A stretch of DNA of 64,000 nt from Mobula hypostoma (GCF_963921235.1 NC_086107.1:107882001-107946000); one strand, 5' to 3'; counted from the stretch's first letter, positions 11,163 through 23,039 are shown. Numbers and translations: made by a program. The notes: generated from the sequence alone by a model not told the origin.

Positions 11163-12207
11163 CGCTGCTTCCTGCACGCATGCAGAACTCGTTGACTTTA
11201 TTAACTTTGCCTCCAACTTTCACCCTGCCCTCAAGTTTACCTGGTCTATTTCCGACACCTCCCTCCCCTTTCTAGATCTTTCTGTCTCTGTCTCTGGAGA
11301 CAGCTTATCCACTGATATCTACTATAAGCCTACTGACTCTCACAGCTATCTGGACTATTCCTCTTCTCACCCTGTCTCTTGCAAAAACGCCATCCCCTTC
11401 TCGCAATTCCTCCGTCTCCGCCGCATCTGCTCTCAGGATGAGGCTTTTCATTCTAGGACGAGGGAGATGTCTTCATTTTTTAAAGAAAGGGGCTTCCCTT
11501 CCTCCACTATCAACTCTGCTCTTAAACGCATCTCCTCCATTTCACGTACATCTGCTCTCACTCCATCCTCCCACCACCCCACTAGGAATAGGGTTCCCCT
11601 GGTCCTCACCTACCACCCCACCAGCCTCCGGGTCCAACATATTATTCTCCGTAACTTCCGCCACCTCCAACGGGATCCCACCACTAAGCACATCTTTCCC
11701 TCCCCCCCCTCTCTCCGCATTCCGCAGGGATCGCTCCCTACACAACTCCCTTGTCCATTCGTCCCCCCCATCCCTCCCCACTGATCTCCCTCCTGTTATC
11801 CGTGTAAGCGGAACAAGTGCTACACATGCCCTTACACTTCCTCCCTTACCACCATTCAGGGCCCCAAACAGTCCTTCCAGGTGAGGCATCACTTCACCTG
11901 TGAGTCGACTGGAGTGATATACTGCGTCCGGTGCTCCCGATGTGGCCTTTTATATATTGGTGAGACCCGACGCAGACTGGGAGACCGCTTTGCTGAACAT
12001 CTACGCTCTGTCCGCCAGAGAAAGCAGGATCTCCCAGTGGCCACACATTTTAATTCCACATCCCATTCCCATTCTGACATGTCTATCCACGGCCTCCTCT
12101 ACTGTAAAGATGAAGCCACACTCAGGTTGGAGGAACAACACCTTATATTCCGTCTGGGTAGCCTCCAACCTGATGGCATGAACATTGACTTCTCTAACTT
12201 CCGCTAG
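11163..12207 (+). pseudogene. PLE RT thumb plus GIY-YIG endonuclease (right arm, locally frameshifted)
   Basis: Same protein split into ORFs 11467..11784 and 11881..12207 by an extra C near 11705 and a 4-bp deletion near 11795. Confidence 0.9.
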
Positions 12208-12499
12208 GCCCCACCTCCCCCTCGTACCCCAGCTGTTACTCCTTTTTATGCACACATTCTTTCTCTCACTCTCCTTTTTCTCCCTCTGTCCCTCTGAATA
12301 TACCTCTTGCCCATCCTCTGGGTCCCCCCCCCCCGTCTTTCTCCCTAGGCCTCCTGTCCCATGATCCTCTCGTATCCCCCTTTGCCTATCACCTGTCCAG
12401 CTCTCGGCTCTATCCCTCCCCCTCCTGTCTTCTCCTATCATTTTGCATCTCCCCCTCTCCCTCCAGCTTTCAAATCCCTTACTCACTCTTCCTTCAGTT

Positions 12500-12535
12500 A
12501 GTCCTGACGAAGGGTCTCGGCCTGAAACGTCGACT
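12500..12535 (+). ncRNA. Minimal type I hammerhead ribozyme (PLE-associated)
   Basis: agtc ctgacga agggtctcggcct gaaa cgtc gact: helix I AGUC/GACU, intact core, loopless palindromic stem III (ACGU). Confidence 0.8.
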
Positions 12536-13129
12536 GCGCCTCTTCCTATAGATGCTGCTTGGCCTGCTGCGTTCACCAGCAACTTTGATGTATGTTGCCT
12601 CCATTATCATTTGTTTTTGCCTTCCTCTTGCTTTCTTACCTTCAATACTTTCCCATAATTACCGTGCATTGTAACTCCTCTTTCCTAATCACATGTCCAA
12701 TGAAGTTATGTTGTCTTTTCATGATCTCATACATTATTCCTCTTTTTGTGTTTGCTCTGTTCATGACATCCTCGTTAGATATTCGTTTCGTCCATGATGT
12801 TCTTTGCATCCTCCTCAAAAAACGCATCTCTGCTGCTACAATTCCTTTCCTCATGTTACTAGATATTGTCCAACGTTCTGAGCCATATAACATAACTGGA
12901 TAAACGTAACATTTCAGTACTCTGAGGCGGGTTGTCATGCCTAGTTTAGTACTGGCTACTTAGGAAGCTGGGTGACATCAGATGGCAGGTGCGACTTGGA
13001 CATCAAAAGAAGAATAGGGATGGCAAAAGACACCTTTACGAGAATGACATATGTCAGTGATATTAAACTTGATTCTGATTTATCTATTTATTTATTTGTT
13101 TGTTTACTTTTATTTATTTATTTTTATTC

Positions 13130-13375
13130 AGCTACAGCAGAGAACAGGCCCTTCTGGCCCTTCTAGATGTGCCACTCAGGAATGGCTCTGATTTAATCCT
13201 AGCTTAATCATAGGACAATTTACAATGACCAATTAACCTACCAACTGCTACATCTTTGGACTGTGGGAGGAAACCCACGCGGTCACAGGGAGAACGTACA
13301 AACTGCTCGGAGGCAGTTGCAGAAATTGAACCCAGGTCACCGGTACTTTAAAGCATTGTGCTAACCATTGCGCTA
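13130..13375 (-). mobile_element. V-SINE (HE1-like)
   Basis: ctttggactgtgggaggaaacccacgcggtcacagggagaacgtacaaact plus tRNA-like head ttgaacccagg. Confidence 0.7.
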
Positions 13376-13419
13376 ACGTGACGATTCCAACAAACACACT
13401 ATGGTTTTGCAATGCTGGG

Positions 13420-13650
13420 CGAGGGATTGGACCCAGGGCTTTTGGGGATGGTGTGGGTTGTGGGAGTTGCTCTGTCCTTGTTTACGACAGTGGCCAGAAA
13501 ATATTTTTATGTTCACCCAACAGGGGATACAGGGTTTTGGTTTAACTTTTCGCTCAAAAGTCAGAACCTTCAACAGTGGGCTGCCCTGGGTGCTTCCACA
13601 AGGTGTGCCCCGGCTGTAAGGTGGAACTTGAATCTGGCAACAGAGAGCAT
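13420..13650 (-). mobile_element. Old Deu-domain SINE remnant
   Basis: ggtttaac...caaaagtcagaaccttcaacagtg...gtggaacttgaa resembles the reverse complement of the Deu body and head. Confidence 0.45.
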
Positions 13651-13865
13651 CTACGAGAACATTAATAACCCTGACGGGAATGTGCTTGTCTGCTGCGGAG
13701 CACACGGTATGTTAGAATAGGATTTTTGACCAGCTGCTTAGCTGTGAGACAGTCCTGCCCGACGCTCATGTTCATGGCTGCTTGAGATTTACTGGACAAT
13801 GGCTAGGGGACTTGAAGTTATTCGTGATCTAAGTATTAAGTAGAGGCACAATTAGAAATGGAAAA

Positions 13866-14468
13866 GAAGATGGCAGCGCGATGCAGCGCGCGCAGCTCTC
13901 CGGTGAAATGATATCGTATCTGTTAAATAGGGGCCGTGGGCAATTCTGATTTGATGAAGACAGACGTGAGAAGCAGGGGAACACCTGGAGAAATTTCTGA
14001 AATGCCTGGTTCGCTGCTGTTGTTACTGTGCGATCGAGGATCTTCGGAGGGTAGGCCCCAAAATCCCCGGCTTTGCCTGCTGCTGAGGTCGAAACTTTCG
14101 GATAGAGATGGTACTCGGTACTCGGGATCGGAGAGCTGATCAGAGCTCGAAGTTTTTCAGACGACTCAGTCGGACTGTGGTCGGGCATGGCAGGGAGAGT
14201 TTTCTTCCTTCTCCTGTCTGCGTGAGATGTGGGACTTTGGAGGAACTTTGAACTTTTTTACTGTGCCATGGACTGTTCTTCATCAAGTTATGGCATTGTT
14301 GCACTGTTGTAACTATATGTTATAATTATGTGGTTTTGTCAGTTTTTTCAGTCTTGGTCTGTCCTGTGTTTTTGTGATATCACACCGGAGGAATATTGTA
14401 TCATTTCTTAATGCATGCACTACTAAATGACAATAAAAGAGGGCTACGTGTCCTCATAATCTAATCTA
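13866..14468 (+). mobile_element. ~620-bp CpG-rich non-autonomous retroelement (family copy 2)
   Basis: Starts aagatggcagcg, ends aataaaagagg...cataatctaatcta; homologous to 4322-4956 and 26155-26800. Confidence 0.8.
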
Positions 14469-14786
14469 AAAAAAATCTTCCCTGGATAGGCCTGAGATAA
14501 TTCAGTCCACAAATTCTTCCCCAGAGGTCTCATGCAGACACACCTGTGGGCTAGAAACCTGAAGACTCAAAATGATCTGGAGTTCATGTCCTAGTTCCCG
14601 GAGGCCTGTTTATCTTCACCATAGATTGTAGAGCAATGCTGGAGAGAGGGCAGTAGAAACCAAGGTGAGGTAGTGACAATGCATCCCAATGGGAATGATG
14701 AGCTTTCCCCATGATGCTCCCACAGCTAGATCAAATCCACAGTGTATTTGGTCAGAAATCAGAATCAGGGTTAGTATCAATGGAAT

Positions 14787-14952
14787 ATAAGACCAAGGAG
14801 CAGAAGTCGGCCATTCGGCCAATCGAGTCCGCTCCGCCATTTTATCATGAGCTGATCCATTCTCCCATTTAGTCCCACTCCCCCGCCTTCTCACCATAAC
14901 CTTTGATGCCCTGGCTACTCAGATACCTATCAATCTCTGCCTTAAATACACC
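14787..14952 (-). mobile_element. CR1 3' UTR fragment
   Basis: Reverse complement matches the CR1 tail at 1050-1215. Confidence 0.75.
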
Positions 14953-15130
14953 GATGTTGTCCAAGGGAAGGGCACTAGGGCTGATACAGCTTGATGCCAG
15001 TGTCGTCACAGAGCAATGTGTGGTTAAGTGCCTTGCTCAAGGGCACAACACGCTGCCTCAGCTGAGGCTCGAACTAGCGACCTTCAGATCACTAGACCGA
15101 CGCCTTAACCACTTGGCCACGCGCCAACAC
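14953..15130 (-). mobile_element. tRNA-derived CORE-like SINE
   Basis: Minus strand tggccaagtggttaagg (A box), gttcgagcc (B box), tgtgcccttgagcaaggcacttaacc (CORE-like). Confidence 0.75.
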
Positions 15131-15239
15131 CTAAGCCTAAAACATTGACAGTATATTCCCTATCATAGATGCTGCCTGGCCTGCTGAGTTCCTCCAGCAT
15201 TTTGCGTGCATTGGTCTGGATTTCCAGCACGTACAGCCC

Positions 15240-15482
15240 TTGTGTTTATTCCCCATGACAGCGTGGATTTCCCCCAGGTGCTCTGCTTTCCTCCCACATT
15301 CCAAGGACTTAGAGTGGGTAAGCTGCAGGCGTGCTTTGTTGGCACCGGAAGTATGGCGATGCTTATGGGTTGCCCCAGCACAATCTTCAGACCGTGTTGA
15401 CCGTTGACGCAAAACTCTGCCTTTCACAGTAATGTTTTGGTATTTCGATGTACATGTGACAATAAAGGTAATCTTTATCTTT
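15240..15482 (+). mobile_element. V-SINE fragment
   Basis: gtggatttcccccaggtgctctgctttcctcccacattccaagg...catgtgacaataaag; similar to 43350-43700. Confidence 0.7.
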
Positions 15483-15619
15483 AAATCCATCATTCAAATT
15501 TACCCAGCAATGCTGATACAAAACACCTTTCATAACCTGTCGTCTTCCAGCAACAGTTTAGGTTTATTGAATTTGATTTCATAGCCATTCATAGTTGGAT
15601 TTGAATCCACGCCGTATAG

Positions 15620-17290
15620 TAAATAAGACAACTGCATGGGACAATATGGCCGCCTAGCCCACCATGACTTCACTGACCATAATGTCACTGAAACCAATCC
15701 CATCTACCTGCATACGGTCTGTAGGCCTCTACTCTCCGCCTGCTCATGGGTCTATCTAAATGCTTTTAAACATTGTTATCATATCTGCTTCTACCATCTC
15801 CCCTACCACTCCCTGTGTAAAAATAAAATCGCCTCACATACCTCCTACAAACTTCCTCCCTCTCACCTTAAACATCTGTACTCTCAAGTATTCGCCGTTT
15901 CCACTCTAGTATGAAAAAGACTGCAGCCATCTAACCTATCTATGACTCTTAATTTTAAATATTATTATGCGATCAAAAGAAAAAATTAATCCAAATTTGT
16001 CCAACCTCCCCTTATTGCTAAAACGCTCTAATCCAAGCAATGCCCTGGTGAATCTCTTCCGTACCCTCCCCAAAGCTTCCTCTAGACCGGAAAAGGATGG
16101 TACCAGCGAGTAACCCGACCTAGAGTGACAACCTCCAGAAGGTTCACAAGACTACTTCTTTCACTTCTTTTACTTTCAAATGTGGTTCTGCTATGGTTGG
16201 AGCCCATGATTCGCATTTTGATTAAGTGTACTTAGGTCGATTGAGCGATGTGGCTCTTTGCTGTCTCCAAGGATGTTTGGTGAGGTGTGCGGCTTCAGGG
16301 CCACGAAGCCTGGATACAGGCCGCCAGCCCATGACCTACTCCATTTCTCATTGATCTTACTGATTAAAGTGCCAAGGAAGATTGAAGTAATTGAAGAAAA
16401 TGCAGAAGGCAAAGCAGAGTTCAGTGTCATCGACCAGATTCTTACTCGCTGCTGCCAAGGGAAGGTGTCTGTGTGTGACAGTCTCTCTCTCCCTCTCATT
16501 CATTGCTTGTGAGGGAAAGTCCTTGCGTTCAAATGACCTTTCTCTCCCTCTGTGCTCTCAGAGGATGGTGCCAGAGTCCTGGGTCTTGGATAAAGTGTAA
16601 TCAACAGAGTTTGTGGATTGGACTCTGAAGTTTACATTATGATATGTTTCTAGTTTCTGGCCACTCCTTTTTAGTTGCTATTTTGAACCAGTGTGGCCTG
16701 GATATAACGAACACTGAGCTGAACTGAATCTCCCTGGACTCATTTCAATTTTGTGTTTTATATTCTGTGCTTTTCACTCATTTTTTTTGTTGCTATTTGC
16801 GCAATTTGTTTTTTTTTTAGCGCATGGGTAGGAGGTTGGTTCTTCAAATGAGTTCCATGGTGGTTCTTTGTTTCGTGGCTGTCTGTGGGGAAGGCGAATC
16901 TCAGGGTTGTATACTGCATATATATACTTTGATAATAAAAATACTTTGAATCTTTAATGTGGTGACAGAACTGTACGCAATGCTTAAAATGTGGCTTAAC
17001 TAAAGTTCTATACAGTTGCAATATAGCAACCCAGCATTTATACTCAGTGCCCCAAACAATGAGAACAAGCATAATTTACACCTCATTCCTTTGTGTTACT
17101 GCGTTCAGGGAGGTATGGATTTGCACTGCAAGATCCCACTGTGTATCAATGCTCTGAATGGTCCTATCATTTACTGTATACTTTCCTCCTAAAATTTTAT
17201 TTCCTAAAATGCGACACCTCTGCCATTTCTCCACTCAAATTTCCAGCTGATCATTACCTGAGCTGTTAAACATTCCTACACACACTAATT
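15620..17290 (-). mobile_element. Old CR1 interrupted by an insertion at ~16090-16957
   Basis: ORF 16758..17072 LQLYRTLVKPHFKHCVQF; decayed CR1 3' region at 15620-16080. Confidence 0.6.
16090..16957 (+). mobile_element. Non-coding LINE-derived non-autonomous element with Rex-type tail
   Basis: Begins aaggatggtacc, ends aatctcagggttgtata...ttgataataaaaatactttgaatcttt like other LINE tails here (43220-43290, 55090-55325); interrupts a CR1. Confidence 0.5.
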
Positions 17291-17360
17291 CACCATTAGA
17301 ATCTTCAAAGAGTCTTGAACGTAGTAGGCAGAGACAGAAAAGTTTTAAGTAATTGTTAGC

Positions 17361-17538
17361 AATGCACATAAAATGCTGGTGGAAAGCAGCAAGCCAGTCA
17401 GCGTCTACGGAGAGCAATAAACGCGGCCTGATTCTTTTTATTCCCCTTCCATTGCTGCTACCTGACCTGCTGAATTTCACCAGCATTTTGTGCGTGTTGC
17501 TTTAGATTTCCAGTGTCTGCCAAATCTCTTATGTTTAA
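17361..17538. mobile_element. Small, old inverted PLE terminus
   Basis: gcacataaaatgctggtggaaagcagca is the near reverse complement of ctgctgaatttcaccagcattttgtgcg; the right arm has a ~40-nt extra tail. Confidence 0.6.
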
Positions 17539-17554
17539 GTAATCATTAGTCATA

Positions 17555-18010
17555 GTCTCATAGAACAGTACAGCACAGAAATTGGCCCTTCAGCCCATCT
17601 AGTCTGTGCCAAACTTCTTACCACTGTCAACCTGCACCAGGACCATACCCCTCCTATCCAATCTTCTCCTAAACGTTGAAATCAAACTTGCATGCACCTC
17701 TTGCATCGGGCAGCTCGTTCCACACTGTCATGACCCTCTAAGTGAAGAACTTTCCCCTCATGTTCCCCTTAAACTTTTCACCTTTCACCCTTAACTCATG
17801 AGCTCTGGTTGTAGTCCCACCAAACCTCAGTGGAAAAAGCCTGTTTGCATTTACCCCATCTATACCCCTCATAATTTTGTACACCTCTATCAAATCTCCT
17901 CTCAATCTTCTACATTCCAAGGAATAAAGTCCCAACCTATTCAATCTTTCCATCTAACTCAGGTCCTTCAGACCCAGTGACATCCTTGTAAATTTTCTCT
18001 GTACTCTTGC
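17555..18010 (-). mobile_element. CR1 3' fragment
   Basis: ERLNRLGLYSLECRRLRGDLIEVYKIM...KFKGNMRGKFFT. Confidence 0.85.
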
Positions 18011-19309
18011 CTGCCCTTTTCAGCCTGTACGCTAGTCTGCTTTTCCAAGTCGTATTTCTAAATGGGAGCGTGGATGTGATATTGGAGCAGCGGATAATGC
18101 TTACCGATCTCCAGGGACCAGGGATGTCAAGGGTGTTATAAGTGTTTGACATTTTGGATATTACGCTTAAGTGCATAATGAGCAAAGTAGGAGAATAAAT
18201 CGCCGAATAGTCACCCTGGTTGGGCCCTTGCCTGCTCAGGGTTAAGACGAACGGGCAACAACAGTCTCTTCTCTCGGAACGATGAATCAATGGAGCCGTT
18301 GTTGAGAAAATGGCATCTCAGTGTTTCGTGACACTCCAGTTCTTGGGCTGGAGAATAGGCCTTTGTTCTCTGACCTGCATTACATGCTGAGTGGTCACTA
18401 GGAAGAGCAAACCCATGGTCACAGCAAATTACAGTAATCTTTCTTTCCCCTTCGACAGTGGAATACTGCCTGAAAAACAAGACCATAAATAGGATAATGT
18501 CATGTTTTTTTTTCACACTGGCGAATCATATGCTGATCATGAGGGCCCATCAACGGGGTTAAAGTCACTTGTCAGAAAGGTTGGAAGTGCAGAGAAAGCG
18601 ATCGAATATGCCGACATTTTAAATGGGTTTTCATGGGAACTTCAGATTTTTCCACCCACCCGAGGTTGGGGAGCAGCGTTCAGTTCTGTCACTGCAACTT
18701 GTTAAGGAACAATGCAGCTCCACTAGCATAATAACATTAAACTGCGAGGACATTAATTTATAGTTGAATAGTATTTTCTTGAGTTTAGAATGCTGAGAGC
18801 GGACTTAAATAAATGATATTTAATAGGTAAGGCACTGAGAGGTTGTTACAGGGGAAATCAAAAGTGGAGGTGAGAGCGGGCATGCAGTTAATGAGGGAAA
18901 TCAGAAAAGACACTCACTAGAGGTTGCACATATCTGGAACTCTCTCTTTCAATAGGTTCAGGACGCTGGGCACCAATTTGTGCTTCTGAGACAGAGGTGG
19001 ATTTGCCTTGTCTGAGGGTATAGAACGAAATGGAGCATTGGGAGTAGGGGGTGGGGGTGGGGGGGAGAATAGAATTAAATTACAGATCAGTCGTAATCCG
19101 GTTGAACAGTGAGATAGGCCCAAGGGCAGAATGGTCATCCTTTGTTCCCGATTTCTAAATTATATATCGCATTGACAACGTGTTGATGGATCAGTGATCT
19201 GGGAAATGCTGTCTTTTTCAACTGGTACATCATATTAAACTCTACCTTTGAACTGCCAAGCTGACTGAATCAAAATAAGGAAGAGGATTTTCTCCCAAAT
19301 TTTCTTTCC

Positions 19310-19845
19310 ATATAACCATATAACAATTACAGCACGGAAACAGGCCATCTCGGCCCTTCTAGTCCGTGCCGAACTCTTACTCTCACCTAGTCCCACCGAC
19401 CCGCACTAGGCCCATAACGCTCCATTCCCTTCCTGTCCATGTATCTATCCACTTTAACTTTAAATGACAACATCGGACCTGCCTCAACCACTTCTGCTGG
19501 AAGCTCGTTCCACACAGCTACCACTCTCTGAGTAAAGAAGTTCCCCCTCATGTTACCCCTAAACTTTTGCCCTTTAACTCTCAACTCATGTCCTCTTGTT
19601 TGAATCTCCCCACTCTCAATGGAAAAAGCCTATCCGTGTCAACTCTATCAATCTCCCTCATAATTTTAAACACCTCAATCAAGTCCCCCCTCAACCTTCT
19701 ACGCTCCAAAGAATAAAGACCCAACTTGTTCAACCTTTCTCTGTAACTTAGGAGATGAAACCCAGGCAACATTTTAGTAAGCCTCCTCTGTACGCTCTCA
19801 ATTTCATTGACATCTTTCCTATAATTCGGTGACCAGAACTGTACA
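19310..19845 (-). mobile_element. CR1 3' fragment
   Basis: RERLNKLGLYSLERRRLRGDLIEVFKIM; FFTQRVVAVWNELP; (ATATGGTT)-type tail. Confidence 0.88.
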
Positions 19846-20574
19846 TAATTTCATCGTCTTCTATTCTCAGCATTAATCTTTCCCTCGGAAACTAGAGAGT
19901 ACATGGGATGCTTCCTCACTGCCCTGTTGCCAGTTAAGAAGTATCAAGTAGAACCCAATCACTCCCTCACGAGCAAGAGTTTCTTTTAAAACTGCCATCT
20001 CAACTTCATTGACCCAATATAGAGGCCGATTCATAATTAAATATACGCCACAAATTGATTGTAAGCTGGTCGGTGGTGTTGTGGCATTTGCATTAGACTT
20101 TGAGGTGAGTGGTCCCGGGTTCTAATTGGCCAGCTCCTTCCATGCTTTCCACCTTTGTAGGGTTGAGCGTCGAGCTAGCAACTTGGCCTCGTTAAAACAG
20201 CAAGGTTCCCACCCGATTCTCCAAATAAAGCGTGAAGAGCAACTCCAAAAAAAAAAACCCAAATTGATTGTAATAAAATCAGTTATGGCAAAACTGCACA
20301 TTAAATTAAAATCTAATTTTTAACACACTTCCTCTCTGTTTGTTGAGGGGAATCATGGGACTTTACTTCCTGAGCTCCCATCTTGAACTATGTCTGCCTG
20401 CCATTATCAGATCAGATGTAGGGACGTTCGTGGTGACTGCACAGGGTTTAGTTCCCCTGGAACCCCTCTGTAAAAGTAAAGTGAAGACACTCATCGTAGG
20501 ATGATAAAAGGGAAGCGTCATTTGTGGTACACAACTCCCAGGCAAGGACATATCCACTAAGGGAGATCCAAATT

Positions 20575-21150
20575 ATAAGACCATTAGAGATAGGAGCAGA
20601 ATTAGGCTATTCAGCCCATCGAGTCTGCTGTGCCATTCCATCATGGCTGATTTACTATCCCTCCCAAACCCCATTCTCCAGCTTTCTCCCCATACATTTG
20701 GCATCTTTACTAATCAAGATCCTATGAACCTCCACTTTACATATAACCAACTTGGCCTCCACAACTGTTTGTGGCAAAAAAATTCCAGAGACTCACTACC
20801 CAATGGCTAAAGAAAGTCCCCCTCATCGCTGTTCTAAAAAGGCGTTCGTTTATTCTGAGGCTGTGTCCTCTGGACCCAGACTCCCCAACCCCACCCCCCC
20901 CATCCTCTCCACATTCACTTTATCAAGGTCTTTCAAAACTCAATGGACTTCAATGAGAAACCCGACCTCGTTCTTCTAAACTCCGATGACTACAGGCCCA
21001 GAGCCATCATACGGCCCTCATAGGCTAATCCTTTCATTCCGCAGTTCCTTCTCGTGAGCCTCCTCTGGACCGTCTCCAATGCAGCCACATCCTTTCTTAG
21101 CTAAGGGTCCCAAAACTGCTCGCAATATGACAAGTGGGGCCTTATAATGC
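20575..21150 (-). mobile_element. Decayed CR1 3' fragment
   Basis: Collinear with the other CR1 3' ends (ggagcagaattaggc...cccaaaactgct). Confidence 0.7.
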
Positions 21151-21164
21151 CTGAGTATCACATG

Positions 21165-21930
21165 CACTAACCATCACCAAGCCTCCTACCGCCAACACTG
21201 AGCAGCAACCGAAAGAGACAAGCCACGTGAATACTGTGAAAGTAAGAGCACGCCAGAGGCTTGGCATTCTGTGGTGAATGACTCACCCCCTGCCAACTCA
21301 AAGCCTGTCCGTCATCTATTAGTCGCAAGCCAGGAGTGGTATGGAATACTTTCCACGTGCTCTAATAAAATTAAGAACATCCAGGACAAAACAGCCTGCT
21401 TACTTGACACCCACTCAGCACGTTTCGATTAGATTAGATTAGATTTAACTTTATTGTCGTTATGCCGAGTACAGATACAAAGCCAATGAAATGCAGTTAG
21501 CATCTGACCAGAAATGCAAAGGATAGTGTTATTTGCAAAATAACTGCGAATTTTAAAAAAAGTGCTACAGCACACAAATATAAAAGTACTGAGACAGTAC
21601 AATACTGGTGCAATACTGCTTAGCGCTGTGACGAGAGGTTCAGCAGTTCCCTCTGCTACTGGCTGCAAAATTCACGCTAACACATCCTCACCGCTATCCC
21701 CTGTATCTGAGGCCTTTTCCGCCATAAAGGGCAAAGACAGAGGGAAAGGCCACCGACTCCTCCAAACCGCACACCACACAGATTTGGAAGTACACTGCTA
21801 TTCCTTCACCATGACTGGGTGTTAATCCTGGAACTGCTGGCTGCGCTGCTTTGTGACAGCGACTTCACCCAAATGGTTCGGGAAGTTCCAGGTGGTTTTT
21901 AATCAATCACCTCAGGGCTAATAAAGGGGC
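21165..21930 (+). mobile_element. Very old CR1/L2-group LINE 3' region with a Rex-type tail inserted at 21428-21645 (-)
   Basis: caaagcctgtccgtcatcta...caggagtggtatggaatac (SLS.IY..Q.RS.MEY-like); the insert has a (TCTAA)n tail. Confidence 0.5.
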
Positions 21931-22254
21931 GAACAATTAAGGCAGTCTGCATAACGTAAAATATTTTTATAATTCAAAGAATGGAAGTTCAGGCACTGTG
22001 TTCTATTTTTCCCCTTCTCCCTGCAGTATCCTGTAATTGCTAGTCCTCATTTTACCCCCTGAAGTTGGCTTAGGAGGTCATTGTAAGGTTACTGATAACT
22101 TGGTTGCCTAATCCCTGCCCTTTGCTACATCTGCCCATTTCATCACATCAGCTTCTGAACAAGTTGTTGTCTCCTTTGTGAAACTTTAAAGGTAGCAGCA
22201 AAGTTAACGATTAACAATCTGTCCAGTATCTGTCATTAACTTTCCTTTCACCCT

Positions 22255-22745
22255 CTCTATCTATCTTGTTCCCTCACTCTTTCTCTCTCTCTGTTTTGTT
22301 CCCTCAGTGTCTCTCCATCTCTCTGTCTGACTACCTTTTTCCCTCACTCTCTGTCTATCTTGTTCCCTCACTCTCGCTGTCTTGTTCCCTCACTCTCGGG
22401 GCCGGCTGGTGGCGCAGTGGCATCAGCGCCGGACTTCGGAGCGAAGGCTCCCGAGTTGGAATCCAAGTCGGGCCACTCCCGTGCATGCTTTCCATCCGTG
22501 CCGGGTTGAGCATCAAGCTAGCCACTCGGCCTCGTAAAAAACAAGGGTCGAGTCAGGAACGTTCATATCGTGACCTGGTTAATCCGAAAGGAGACCAATC
22601 CTGACACTACACGCCAGACAAGAATGGCTGACTGTCTGGTGCGAGACGCTAGGAAGGACTCTCTCTCTATCTTGTTCCCTCACTCTCTCTACCTTGTTCC
22701 CTCACTCTCTCACTCTCACTCCTCTATCTTGTTCCTTCAGTCTCC
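22255..22745. repeat. Pyrimidine-rich minisatellite (ctatcttgttccctcactctct) split by a SINE
   Basis: The ttgttccctca word recurs about 8 times on both sides of 22398-22657. Confidence 0.75.
22398..22657 (+). mobile_element. tRNA-derived SINE
   Basis: tggcgcagtgg A box, gttggaatcc B-box-like; related head and body at 20066-20196. Confidence 0.7.
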
Positions 22746-23039
22746 CCTCTCTTTCTCTGCCCTACTCCACTGTCCCTCTTCCCTTGTTCATCACTCTCTC
22801 TCTTCATTTTACCCTTCAGTGTTTCTCTTGCTTCTCTTCCATTCTCCCTCTCTTTTCCCCTTCTCTCTGTCTCACTACTGTCTTACACTAAAGGTTCTCT
22901 TTTTCTCGGTGCCAAGCTGACATTGCTACCAACTCAGACCTCAAGCACCTCCAACCTACGTCTCACTCTAGCAGTTCGACTTTATCACCACTCACATCTG
23001 CCACTGACCACACACGGCACTCACTTACCCCAGTTTCTG

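Larger units (their letters stand above)
9704..12598. mobile_element. Penelope-like retroelement forming a ~1.43-kb-arm inverted repeat
   Basis: Arm 9734-11162 is the reverse complement of 11172-12598; 9-nt spacer; TSD tgcctccattatca at 9690-9703 and 12596-12609. Confidence 0.95.
9573..13043 (-). mobile_element. RTE-clade LINE, 5'-truncated with 5' inversion, interrupted by PLE palindrome
   Basis: ORF 12642..12938 (-) RVLKCYVYPVMLYGSERW...AAEMRFLRRM...GHVIR; (TGA)n tail at 9573-9587; inverted piece 12955-13043 (+) YLGSWVTSDGRCDLDIKRRIGMAKDTFTRM; TSD atgacatatgtca at 9560-9572 and 13044-13056. Confidence 0.88.

Noticed and set aside
10447..12582. Duplicated ORFs such as MRLFILGRGRCLHF... and MSEWEWDVELK... 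as a paired gene system
   Set aside because: Alternative-frame and antisense shadows of the PLE ORF, duplicated by the palindrome
9704..12598. Palindrome as a sequencing fold-back artefact
   Set aside because: The arms differ at several positions, the ends are asymmetric, and the interrupted RTE resumes correctly after a TSD
18000..18710. Unique region with several 60-117-aa ORFs and a strong acceptor at 18458
   Set aside because: No recognisable protein; frames close quickly; indistinguishable from chance
22398..22475. Functional tRNA genes (also at 41778, 42528 and 44170)
   Set aside because: tRNA-like heads continue into SINE bodies and tails; no convincing full cloverleaf
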